DNA of 64,000 nucleotides from Phoronis australis (taxonomy: Eukaryota > Animalia > Phoronida): positions 119,536 to 183,535 of the forward strand of contig NMRA01000363.1 of assembly GCA_002633005.1 (NCBI GenBank), written 5' to 3'. A program made the translations under genes and the position numbers. Each line of letters opens with the position of its first letter. The stretch's first letter is position 1. Below the pieces are notes generated by a model. It saw only the letters and a list, made by a program, of their open reading frames with translations. It was not told where the DNA came from and ran no database searches. This document shows positions 1 through 12,124 of the stretch, one piece after another.

Positions 1-164
1 CTGTGGTTACTATGGCAAAGGGATCTATGGGTAGCAATGAAACCAAGGTATAACAGACAGACAAGTATTGTTTATCGCACACAACTTTAGGAGATCAATG
101 CTATGCTTGACTGGCAATAGCCTTACAGTAGATAACTTATCTAAGCCAATATGTGACCTACATG

Positions 165-600
165 GCCACCCGTCCATGTGTGATCCCCTTCAGAGGAATT
201 GTCCCTGTGTGACCCTTCCGCCTCCCCCGTCCCTCTGCAACGCCTTTAGCCCTACCCGTTCCTGTGTGACCCCTTCAGCCCCACCCATGTCTCTGAAAAC
301 CCTTCAGCCATTCATGTGTGACTGCTTCAACCCCAACCACCTCAGTGCAACCCCTTCAATCCCAACTGTTCCTGTGAGGCCTTTTCAGCCCACCTGTTGC
401 TGTGTTACCCCTTCAGCCCCATCTGTTCTTGTATGACCATTACAGTCCCACTCAGTCCTGTATGACCCCCTTAAGCTCAATCCATTCCGATGTGACCCCT
501 ACAGCCCCACCCGCTGCTGTGTGACCCCTTCAGCCCCACCTGTTGCTGTGTCATCCTCTTCAACCCCACCCATTCCTGTATAATACCCGTCAGAAGCACA
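165..600. repeat. Degenerate ~29-bp minisatellite (CCTGTGTGACCCCTTCAGCCCCACC-like) in PRCC intron
   Basis: More than a dozen imperfect copies of tgtgtgaccccttcagcccc; these produce the repetitive ORF 68..436. Confidence 0.85.
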
Positions 601-607
601 CACTTAC

Positions 608-714
608 CTGATGGGCCAGGTATGTGATCTGATGTTTCCTCCTCTGCTGTGTGGAAGGCAGATCATTCTTGTGTTTCTTTGACCGTGACATACCAGCATC
701 TTCTTCACTAATAC
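608..714 (-). CDS. PRCC: PRCC coding exon 7
   Basis: GISEEDAG...PSTQQRRKHQITYLAHQ, donor GTAAGT. Confidence 0.92.
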
Positions 715-3700
715 CTGTAATCATAAGCATTATTTAAGCAACTAATTATACCAAAGAATAATACGATATATAACAAGTTTATTTATTCAATTCATTTTGT
801 CTGATTTGACAAATTCAATATAAATGGTAGCTTTTCAGGACAGCGGCCAGTATGATAAAAAATACTAATTACAATACAAAATGAAACATGGTGCAAGTCT
901 TCGGGAGATGTCACCAAGCATTGCAACTGAAGCAAGTTACATCACTTGTCTGTCTTTTATCGTGAGTGGTGTGCTTCTACAGAGCATAGCCATGGCTACA
1001 TCTGAAAGCTTCATTTAAACACTCTTTAGCTGTTGCTGTTTTATTCCTATCTGAAGCACTTTGGGGTTAAAAAATATTACCACGCTCATCTGATCGTAAA
1101 TTATCGAATAAGCCAGCTCACAAGCAATGCGTACATGCATCATTTTCAAGTTCGCAATTTTAGGGTTGGTCGACTAAACTCTGCAGCGTTTTCTCAGATT
1201 ATTTACGGTTTTCAAGATTTTGTTGGTACAAGAAATGGAATCCTATCACAGGAATATTATGAGACCGATTTTATGAGAGTGAAAGGGTGAATTCAGTTTC
1301 GCTTTTTATCCAACTAAATAGGGCAAAGTACAGTATTAAGGTAGAACTAAGTTTTTATCACTTTTGAGAAAAACAGCCATACATCTGCTGTTTATTCGTG
1401 CCTTTTTCTGATTGAATTCTACTCAAAACGTTCAGCAAAATGACGTTTCTTACAACAAATTTCTTACGACAAGAAGTAGGGCAGAGGCCATGTACCAGTT
1501 CAACAGTGAACAAGTAGAAAACAATATATCCAAACATCTACATAAATCAAACCAACCCAACGTTTAACAAAAATTTTCTTTAATCTTGTATTTTTGGACA
1601 AAATAAAATTCCGCTTGTCTTCCATATTGGGGGCTAAATAGGTGAAAAGGTACAGTAGTATAGTTTAAAGTGGCTAGCACCTTTTCCGAGTTGTCTGCTT
1701 CAAAAATCATTTTTTTTTCATCCAGTGTTGAATACATTTTCCCACAAAGCTTCAACAGCTCACGTTGTTTAAAGAAACAAGCACAAACACACGGCATGTT
1801 TACCTTTAGTCATCTGTATCTCAGAGGCCATCTGATCAGCAGCATTGACATCAATGATGTTTATGGCCTCCTTGCCACGCCGATTCTTGCCTTGTAACCG
1901 GAGAAACTGAGACGAAAGGTTATCAGTTTCAAGTGATAGGGAAAACAATTCAAACACAAAATACAAAACAATCCTGTCTTCATCTAGCTTAACTCGTCTG
2001 TAATTTCACGAAAACTTTTGCAGAAAGTCAAACAGAGCATTACTGGAAAACTGTGATAAAATGATAAACTCTCACTAATTTCGGACAAAAACAATTGCCA
2101 AAACTGCCTACATTTTATTTTTCAAAGACTTCTAAAGGTCCCTAAATCTACCATGTACTTGAGGAAACACCGACTGTCCTTTCTTGTGCTGTTTAAGTTT
2201 CATTGCTAATTCAGTTTTTGGCTTTGATACAATCTGAGAGTGAAAACTATGTTGAATATTCTCAATATCATTGAAAGTAAGTAGGGATCTTTTAATGCAA
2301 ACCTACTAATTTAAGGGCCGAGTCCCTACTGTTTTTCATTGAACTAAGGGCTCAGTTTCTGGTTATCACTTTTAGAAAATGTCATAAGCCAAAGTGGAGC
2401 TCATAGTAAAAATAAGAAGATAAAAAAGATCACATCTATGCATAAAGAACGACACAAATATGCAAAAGATGCAGTCCCTGTTTGGTTCTGTTTCATACAA
2501 CCAGGCAATGAAGTCCATGTGATCTGATACACCAAAGGAATAGGCCTACAACGGTGTTTCTTTCCATTGATTTTTTCGTTTCATATTAGATTTTTGTTCC
2601 CACCAGTTTCGATGTACTGACATAGACTGCTTCGTGGTCAGGGTTAGTGGTTTCTACTAACAGCGACTGATAGGTCAGATCACAAATAGTGACATCTGCC
2701 GTCACGGACCCATGAATGAAAAAAGATATTCCACACTAAGCTGGTCACGATCACGCTACACCAGAAATTGTAAAACCACCTTTCAGCCAATCAGAGGACA
2801 GAAATATTGGTGATCGTTTAATAATTCTATCAAATTCTTTTACCTGTTCATCCTGTAGATACTGACTAACATCCTGGCTATCCCCGGCGTAGTTTGATGA
2901 CTCATCAGATGCCTGGAAAAGACGGGGTCTACTTTAACATACAGGCAATCTTGGTTGACCACAAAGACTTTTTTATGAATAGATATCATCACTAGCTAAG
3001 AATTCATGCCAATGACATGATGCAATAGAAGTGGTTGATAACAACTCATGTGAATGGCATGGTACGATATAAGTGATTGATAAGAATTCATGTGAATAGC
3101 ATGATATGATATAAGTGATTGATGAGAATACGTGTGAATGGCATGATATGAGGTGAGTGAAAGATAACAATTCATGTGAATGGCACGATATGATATAAGT
3201 GGTTGATAAGAATTCGTATTAAAAGTTGAATTTTTTCATGCAAAGTTTATCACCAATCATGAAAAGCTCAAGTCGCTGCACAAGTTATGTTTTTATGGTT
3301 TCCAAGAAACTTCTTATACATTTTGGATTGTTAAGTCAAATGCTAGTATACTAGGGGCAAAAGCACATTTAATTGCCAACTTTTCACAGACAACAACTTA
3401 TAGCTTGAGTGCAATGTTCAGTCATACACAGCTACCTCGCTGGCTAAGTCTCCACATGCACAGAGGTGCCTTTTTCAAGTCAAATACCTGTGGCTGTCTA
3501 TAGCTATAATCTTCCTGATACCCAGTGTCCACTTCACAACTCATGTAACCATACTGCCTCTGAGGCCTAGACATTTGTGACGTTGCTCCTCCTTTAAATG
3601 TTAAAGGTGCGTCAGCACCAGGCAGGTTTAACACAGCCGACTGATTCTGCGAGTCTGAGCTGGGGATACTATCTGTTGTAGACGAAGGATAGGTGGACTC

Positions 3701-6700
3701 AACAGGTGGCACTGATGTGGTACTCAAATGGTCGTAGGCAGAGTTTTCATCTGTTTGTGCCACAGTCACAGTTCGTGAATTCACTATTGAATTGCTGCTT
3801 GGAGCAGCCACAACAGATTCAGCACCCTCGAGCTCACCGAGTGAGAAAAAGTTTGATGTCCCTGCCCCCTCCTCCTCATTATCAGTATCATCAGCATCCA
3901 TTAGGGGGCGAACAGGTTTTGCTGAACTCCTGTGAATAGATGGCGCCGGTGGCACTGGCTTCTTTGTCAAACTGTAGGGTATCAGAGGTCGATTGGTCTC
4001 CTTGGTAACAGCTTGCTTTGGCTGGGGCAGGAGAGACATTAGACCAGAAAGTCCCTATAATACATCAATTAAAATAAGATGACATGTCAAAAATCGAAAG
4101 AGAATGAGACAGGTTGGAACAGTGGGTGATTCATGCTATGTCAAAATGATACACATTAACTAAGTTACAGCATTTGTGAGACATTCATAATTCACATGGC
4201 TTGGAATTTTCCTCTTATTTTATTTCTTGTTTCCTCTTTTCGAGTCTTTTTTATCATTATTTTGACTTCATTCATGCAAAAATGTTTATTTCAGTTGCAT
4301 TTTACAACACGAAAATATTTCTTTCACATGAGCCAATATATTTGTGGAACGATACATCACCTGGAAAATTTTCCTCTTTTTTGTCATTGGTCATTCCAAG
4401 CCCTGATTCAATTATTACAGAACAATTATAAAAAAAGTTTTTGAGACAAGTAATATCTTGAACGCAAACAATGTTTTGCTGGTAACTGGTAAGTATATTC
4501 CAAGTTCAAATTTTTCTCCCTTCTGTGATGACGCCCATCATTGTAAGTTACAGACAACAAGGTCATATACTCCAATGAATGCTACTTAAAACTGGACACT
4601 ACGAATTTAATTTCCAAAAAACAAAAAGCAATCCCGAAACTCTCGAAACAAAAGAGATTCAATATTTTCTGTTACACAAATGGTGTCCAAAATTACGGAC
4701 TGGTTTTCAGTTTGGGGGAAGACTAATTCTCAAATTAAACACTGTGGAAGACTCAATCAGTAAAACTGTCCAAGAATAAATTTCCACGTCCACTGCAGTG
4801 TTAACAAGAAAACCGTTATGGCAATGTCTTGTTATCACCTGGTGCAGACTATTCATCACATTTGGATGACAAAATCATGTATGACCTTTGACCTTCAAGT
4901 AAGATGTGGAGATTGCAGGGCTTGGAATGACCAATGACAAAAAGAGACTAGGAAATTTTCCAGCTTACGTATCGTTCCACAAACAAATAGGCTTGTGAGA
5001 AAGAAATATTTTTTGTGTTGTAAAATTTATCTGAAATAAATGTTTTGCATGAATAGACTCATGATAATGATAAAAAAACGAAATGAAAAAAGAGGAAACT
5101 GGAAATCAAATTAAAGGTCAGGAAATCAAAATCAAAAAAGAGAAAACCCTCTCAAAACAGGAAAATTCCAAGCCCTGAGAATGGCATAGCCAGAAAATGA
5201 AGTAAGGTATAATTCAAAATATAGGATGTTAGTGGTTACAATAAGAATTTCAGCAGGTATTATAAATACAAGCAAAGTGGTCGTGGAAACAACCTACGGT
5301 AGCTTGTTTTCCTACTTTAAGCTAAGTAGTGGGAAGTCCACAAAAGCTTCGACACGTGTATGTGTAACTTTGCGCATGTCACATTAAAATTCAACAAGTG
5401 GGCAAACATGCGGCTGCATAAGTACGACTTGCAAGTTGAGCAAAGTTCCGTGGTATGGTTGTTCTAGTCGGATTTCTTCTAACTTGAACATAACTCTCAG
5501 TGAATCCCATTGAATCCATACACCCTGTCCCACATATACAACTACTATTTACTAAGCAAACGTGCATACTGTTCCAATTATACATCTATCAAATACTAGG
5601 CACACATACCGAAGGCTTGGGTTTCTTCTTGACTGGTTCATCATCATCATCCTCATCAGAGTCAGCCTGCCAAACACAAAAAGAGTCCATAGCAAATTCA
5701 CACAGGGAACCACATTCAACGGCAATGGTGATGAAATGCATGGATCAAGGGCAACTACAAACCCTTCAGTTGACTTGAACTGGAAACATATGTCGTCCAT
5801 GTACACTTTTTAAGCCAAATATCAACAAAACTATAAATGTTAACTCAGTAAAAGTATCTATTTCTAAAAGCAGAGGGACTGTAGAATTTGATTAATGACT
5901 TTGTTCCAATCTGCCATTAAATAAGTCACACGACCGTGTCTTTTAGTAAACGTTAACAGAAATGAAAGGTAGCAAAACAGAGGTCTCGGTAATATGACTA
6001 AATTTCATTTGATGTAAATGTTCACAATTCCAGCTAGTGTTTGTGCATAGTATGTGAAAGTTTTATATGAATCCAATAAGCCATTTCTGTGAATGACGTC
6101 CCAAACAACGCAAAAATACCTTGAAATGTTCGTGAATTAAAAAAAATGAATTTCTGTCCTGCCAAGGCTAGTCTATCCCATTTTAGACACTGTAATTAGA
6201 AATTAGGGCAAGCATTCATAATGCTACAGAGGTGTTTGTAGAGTGTTTTCTATTGAACTATTACCAGTCAGGATAAAATGCAAAAACGACTCAACTATGT
6301 GTCTTGCTTTCACGACACTATGTTGGAAAAAGTGGAGTATGAAATCAGCAGAATTTAACCATCCACCTGTTTCATGAAAAGTGTCTTAGAGACTCAAGTC
6401 AGGCATTAGGTCTCACTCTCCAAAAACCATTTCTGAAAAATACTTCATTCTCATTATTATAGCAAAAGTTCAGTCTCTAAGAATATATACCCATAGCCTC
6501 TAGTTAATGAGATTTGTAGAAATTATTCCAGTCAGTGACCTGGTAAGAATTACATGGCTAAACAGTCAGTGATCTGGTAATAATTACATGGCTAAACAGT
6601 CAGTGATCTGGTAATAATTACACGGCTAAACAGTCAGTGATCTGGTAATAATTACACGGCTAAACAGTCAGTGATCTGGTAATAATTACATGGCTAAACA

Positions 6701-9442
6701 GTCAGTGATCTGGTAATAATTACATGGCTAAACATTTTAATTAAGAATTGAGAAGTGGGAGCCTAAGACCCAATTTCTGACTTATGTCTCAAGTTGGCCT
6801 TGGTACAAAGCTGTATACTACATAATACAGCTTTGCGCCGATGTGGGTGAAAAAGTGGCCATATAAAATCTGACACAGAATTAGTGTCATTAAAAACTAG
6901 TCTTCCTTGAGCAAACTAAATTATTAACGGCGTTGGAAAAAATGGCATTCTACCGTTGTTGTGCTGCTAAAGTTGTGGAGCAAATTTCTGCGTCGGCTTT
7001 CGGCACCATGAAATATTGCGTCACCTATTGGCCAGATTCTTTTCGCCGATTCTTCAATCAACTATTGTTCTTTCATGAGGTTGCGTACACATCACAATAA
7101 ATTATTGGAACTGGTTTCACTTCATTATAAGTTTTTAGAATTTCGATACCCAAAAACTGAATTTCAGAGGAAATTATGCTGATGCGAAGTTGTCGCAAAA
7201 ATTTAGGAAATGGCGCATGCGCTTGACACGAGCGTACTGTTTTCAAAATGACGACATACTTTTAATTGTTACAAAAAGTCGAGAATCACGCACGAAAATG
7301 ACGTTTATTGCATTGTTTTTCACTTAAACGGTTGTAATGGGCAAGGTGAGTGTCGGTTGACTCCCAGATTTTGCATGCACCCAGTCCGGTCTTTAGCTTT
7401 ACATGTTGATACAAGTTTCACGGCAAGGTGACGAGCAGAACTACCTTGGATGTGTGTAATTTCGGGGTCTATAGAAGATTAACACACACTGGCACCTACC
7501 TGTATTTTGACAATAGTCTTCATACAGCTAGCTGGCTGGCTAGTCTCAAGTCACAAGTCACTTTTCATGCAAGAGATCCCATGAGTAATGTTATCACTCA
7601 CCCCCCCCTCCCCCCCNCCCCACCCCATCAACAACAGAAACCGACTTACACCTGGCAAATCCGGAAGGCTGATCTTAACTGTGTTCTTCTTTTTTACACC
7701 GGGTGTTGATCCATCACTGTGATTTCCCTTAGGCATGACGTCGACCATGGGATCACGTACAGGATTCTTTGGGGCTGGCAGACCTTTGGGAGACAGTGCA
7801 AGACATAACACAGTGCAACAAGTGCAATATTACTCAAAGGATGATGACATACAAGTCACATGTAAGATGATATCTGCCTGAAAATCCACACTCTATAAGG
7901 TGTAGACCGTACAGTGTACCAACCACCAACACCTTTTCAGTCCATTCTTTGGACCTATTTAATCAGGAAAAATAAACATGATGTAATTGAAATGTAATAT
8001 ATTTCAAGGGCTTTTGAATGATGTAATCTATGAAAAAAGTGACAATGAGGCTAAAATTGTACTAAAAGCATTAACAGACAACTCACTTTTATCATTGCCA
8101 CGATCCATATCCCACAGCTCAATATTTCCAAAAGCATGTCTGTGGATATCGTTGTGATTTGCTGACATTTAATAATTCATTCTTAAAATAATTGCAAAGT
8201 TCTCTAGTTTGGGACAACGAGAAGGTATGTTGCCCAAGGTTGGACCTTGTACCAAATTCAAGAAATAGACAATAGTGGCTGTCCCAAATTCAAGAAGTAC
8301 GATAAGCACTAAGCCCTCATTCACCTCGATGTTACACACAAAGGGACGTACAAAAACATTGTATTGGCGGCTAGTTTTGATGATTTTATGAACTGCCAAA
8401 TAAATTTTATGACTCTGTTGATACAAAACGTTGTATCTGATATTCAAAAAATAAGAAGAACGCCAAAATCATCTATGTCAAAACCTTCAGAAAAAATATC
8501 AATTTCAGCTTGAATTTTAGAGTCCCAAATCTTAGAGAATGATCCACTGTGAAACTGGAGAATTTTTACGGTAATGATTATTTCATGAGAGACGTAGAGT
8601 GTAATAACAGATGAAAATTACACAGGAACATGGCACTATTTTACACATAAATTTGTGTCATATTTTTACATGGAAATTTTTCTATATGGATTACACGTTT
8701 TTGCCACGTTTTACACACTTTGAGTAATATGTTACTATGTATGTAAAATTCTCACCCGGATTAAAGCTCACATGTAGGATGCACCCTTAGGTAAATAAGT
8801 GGGTCTCTGATGAAAACTTACTTGAGAACAACACTGAATAACACCTGTTTTGTATCAGATTTGATTTGACCAGTTTTTTACCCACATCGGCGCAAAGCTC
8901 GGAGTTTATTTAGTATACAGTTTTGCAGTAAGGCCGCTCACTCACCTGTGTATTAATTTGCATTTTATGACTAAATGCTGAAAATGAGATAATCATAGCT
9001 TTTTTCATTACATTTGTACCCAAGCTATCATCCACCAGAAAAGTTATCATTGCAAATCAATGAATAGCCTGACTATACTGTATCAGTCACTACGATGAAT
9101 ATCATATGGTCCACACTCAAGTCGTCAATTACTTAGTTAAATTACAATGTCAGTGAACAAGTTTGCAGTAATGTGCAACCAGCTGGACCAGTTCAGTGAC
9201 CCATGTTTCTCAAATTAACGACAAATGCTACATTTGCAGTCAAGCATACCTAAAATAGAAAACCCAGGACCAGATTTTGGCTGTGGCTGTGCTTGCGTTT
9301 TAGGAGCGGGTAGGGACGAAAGAAAGGAAGATGCCGAGTGTCTCGGAGCTACTTCTGTTTTTCCTTCCTCATTTCTTTCTACTGAGTCCTCTTCACTACC
9401 ACTGGCACCTTCATCGCTGCTTGCATAAGCCACCAGCGACAT
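608..9442 (-). CDS. PRCC: PRCC proline-rich mitotic checkpoint control factor homolog (3' end outside window)
   Basis: Exons 9442-9250, 7783-7650, 5666-5610, 4054-3488, 2912-2844, 1906-1804 and 714-608, all GT-AG and phase-compatible. N-terminus MSLVAYASSDE, repeated LPAPK motifs, DSDEDDDDEPVKKKPK, GLMSLLPQPK, LIPYSL and the C-terminal PSTQQRRKHQITYLAHQ motif match the PRCC family. Confidence 0.93.
1804..1906 (-). CDS. PRCC: PRCC coding exon 6
   Basis: FLRLQGKNRRGKEAINIIDVNAADQM..., conserved PRCC domain. Confidence 0.9.
2844..2912 (-). CDS. PRCC: PRCC coding exon 5
   Basis: ASDESSNYAGDSQDVSQYLQDEQ, TTTTCCAG acceptor, GTAAAA donor. Confidence 0.8.
2990..3215. repeat. ~39-bp minisatellite in PRCC intron 4
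   Basis: Repeated gataagaattcatgtgaatggcatgatatgatataagtg units. Confidence 0.85.
3488..4054 (-). CDS. PRCC: PRCC coding exon 4
   Basis: GLSGLMSLLPQPK...LIPYSLTKKP...YSYRQPQ, 567 nt. Confidence 0.9.
4195..4405 (-). mobile_element. CAG-terminal (hAT-like) MITE copy 1
   Basis: TIRs catggcttggaat...attccaagccctg, flanked by the 5-bp direct repeat ATTCA. Confidence 0.7.
4916..5177 (+). mobile_element. CAG-terminal (hAT-like) MITE copy 2, opposite orientation to copy 1
   Basis: TIRs cagggcttggaat...attccaagccctg; the interior is the reverse complement of 4195-4405. Confidence 0.75.
5610..5666 (-). CDS. PRCC: PRCC coding exon 3
   Basis: ADSDEDDDDEPVKKKPKPS, AG/GTATGT, 57 nt. Confidence 0.88.
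6529..6733. repeat. 34-bp x6 tandem repeat in PRCC intron 2
   Basis: cagtcagtgatctggtaataattacatggctaaa at 6529, 6563, 6597, 6631, 6665 and 6699. Confidence 0.95.
7650..7783 (-). CDS. PRCC: PRCC coding exon 2
   Basis: GLPAPKNPVRD...TVKISLPDLPG, donor GTAAGT. Confidence 0.85.
9250..9442 (-). CDS. PRCC: PRCC coding exon 1
   Basis: MSLVAYASSDEGASGSEEDS...GFSIL, donor GTATGC, phase 1. Confidence 0.9.
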
Positions 9443-9444
9443 TG

Positions 9445-9970
9445 TAGTGAAACTTGCCGGTTTGTTGGACGACTTAAATTTTGTTTTACACTGTGTGGCG
9501 TTAAAATACCAATACTATATGTGGCAACATAATACTTATGAGAGCTGGCGTGCGGCGTCAGAGCCAAAGAGCCAATTTTTATCTCATTGGTCAGTCACGG
9601 TGTTCATTGATGCGGGAACACCAGTAAACCCAGTAAATCTCAAGAGGAGCGGCTGGTGATGTGTATTGATTAAAATCGCAAGAACGTTCTGCGGTCAGTT
9701 CAGTGTTAACCTCTATAGATCTGTGTAAAGCGGTAGTGTCTCATGCGCGTACCCAGGGTTGTCCGCCCGCTGTTTTGTTAGGACAAGTTCCATGACGTCA
9801 AGAATTCGAGCCCCCCCTCCAATTGAGGCTACTCAGAAAAATCTACACAAAACTGAGTATGTTCTCATTTAAAATACGTGTACACGGCAATATCTCACGT
9901 AATCTCCCGAATTTTAGCGAGGTCCAAGCGTACGTTCTAGCGTAATTGCTGAACCGTTCTACTTCCTGGC
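9445..9970 (-). promoter_or_regulatory. Putative PRCC promoter region
   Basis: CpG-richer stretch upstream of the ATG, with a full CRE TGACGTCA at 9793-9800 and an ETS-like ACTTCCTGG at 9961. Confidence 0.4.
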
Positions 9971-10319
9971 AGTGGCGGATCTAGGATGTCACAGGGGGGG
10001 GGCAACATTTTGTCGTGAGTTCATCAAGTGTCTGAAAACCGCTCGAAAAATATCCGCTAATTTGAAATCTTGGGAACACACGTTTTTTTGTTACGTCCCA
10101 GAAAATACTCATGCGTTTGAGTGTTAAATTGACGAAAATATATTTGCCCGTCAAGAACATGCGTTTTCAAGTTTTAAAGCGTTCCTACAATGGGTTTTTG
10201 CAATTTGTGAAGTTTTATGAACCCGTGTATCAATAATAATTTTACATAAAACCTACATAAAGAAATGCTTATTTTGGAAAATAATTGGGTCACTTTGAAT
10301 TTTAAAGAAAAAATAACGA

Positions 10320-10610
10320 TTGTCTTCAACGGTTCAAATCACCAGACCACAGAGGTGACAAATTGAAAAAGTACAAAATGCTACTCGAGACAGAGCCTAT
10401 GAGAGCTTGCAACAGGGCGGGGGTGATCGGGAGGTCAGTACATTTTTCACTGACCCGTCACCCGGCGAACTTATTCCGCTTTCAGAAGGCCTAGGTTACA
10501 GGCACCTTTCCCTAGCTTGGATATGAACGAGGCCTCTGAAGAAGCGTGCTAACTATGCTTATTCCAGGGGGGATCCAGGACTTTGAGTGAGGGGGGGCAA
10601 GGCAGAGAGA
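10320..10610 (-). mobile_element. Dispersed non-autonomous DNA element fragment (related copies at 35880-36580 and 59066-59353)
   Basis: Reverse complement aligns by eye with 35880-36092 plus 36395-36455 (e.g. ggaaaggtgcctgta, gggtcagtgaaaaat, ccctgttgcaagctctcatag). Confidence 0.75.
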
Positions 10611-12124
10611 CGAATTACAACATACCTTTTGTAAATTCTTACGCTCTGCTCGTACACAAGGCGATAAATTTTTATATTAATAAAAAACTTTATTTTCTGG
10701 CCTAGAAAGAAAATTCAAAGTTGTATGCCTAAATTGTTTAGTTTTTCGAGAGAAATTCAGTTAAGCAGGTACATTTTTTAAATAAACTTTAGTTTTTTTG
10801 CCAACAGTCGACAGGCACGTAGTTTTATGGCATAATGAAGTGTCATTAAAGGATTACGTAGGCTTGGTGACCAAGCAGCCTAGGCAGCTGGACTGAATTC
10901 TATGCCTGGGCTACAGTATTGCGTTCGCATTAGCTAACTCCAACCGTCGGACGATATGGTCGTCCAAGGGTCAATTTTTAGCTGGTCAGCGTCCGTCACG
11001 TAACACTAAAGATAAGTCCATCACTAATTCAGCAATTTCTAATATCTAGAACAACTTTATAACGATACGTTTCCAGAATCAAAGCTTTGTCCTGACAAAG
11101 TGTGCTGAGACTAAGAGCAGCAGCATCACGTAGAATTCTCGCGAGGACTCGACAGGGACCTAATGGGTCTCGCACTCCCGCTGGTTTATAAACACTAGTT
11201 TGGAAAAGCTTAGCCCAGTCACACAGTTTGTGTCACAAAAGAGATAATGATAACTCGAGTCCAGCGGACCCTGCATGTAGAACGACTCTCGTTTATCACA
11301 TTGGTGTAGACTCACAGTTGATGTGTGGTTTTCTGTTGAGCCCATACCGTCCGGAGTTGCACCATATACCAACTCCATACGGTCTCTCACGACGATTTAG
11401 CGTTATGGGTATAAGTGTATGAATATTATACATAGTTTGCATCTGTACCAGTCAGCAACACAAGGGAGTAATCATGAAAAATTCTGCATAGTTTTAATTT
11501 CCACATGCACATAGTAGTTACATCAGAATACAATCACCATGATAAAGATACAATTAGAGTAATCAAAGGCAAACTTTCAACCTGACATTCAAAGTTTTCA
11601 TTTCAGGATATTGCCAGTTCTAACAAGTGGGCTAGACCTTGCAGTACAATTCACAATACAGCGTAGATAAACATGAAGGAAATAACTAAGAGAAAATATG
11701 GTTAAAAGTGTTCATAAAATACATATTTTATCATTTTGACTAGGAATGAATAAAAACAAGTACATGAATATAAAACAGACACCTTGAATGCTTTGACAAA
11801 ATAGTAAAATGGCTTCTAAACAACACTGACTACGTGATATACTGCGATGATTTACCCATTTTGTTGTCCCAGATATTGTTAGAGTCCAAGCATCAGTTGA
11901 CCAGTGAGTCATTTTGAACAATAACATCCAACTGTTCTTTCCAAGTCTTGAAATCACTTCTTATCAAAAACGAGAGACATGTTTGATGAATAGTGACTTA
12001 GTCTTACATGTATGTCAGAAATTCAGAAGCTCCAAACAACCCCATGTTGCAGAGGATAATTATATTTGAGATTCAGTACGACAATATTTACTCAATAGTA
12101 AAAGCACTAAAAAAATACATAATT

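Noticed and set aside
68-436. 122-aa Pro/Cys-rich ORF
   Set aside because: It is a translation of an intronic minisatellite, antisense to PRCC, with a non-ATG start.
6529-6733. 34-bp direct repeats as a CRISPR array
   Set aside because: The copies are head-to-tail with no spacers, lie in a eukaryotic intron, and have no cas genes nearby; this is a minisatellite.
10850-11430. GC-richer block with small hairpins as an ncRNA or solo LTR
   Set aside because: No recognisable termini, TSD or RNA family motif could be supported by eye.
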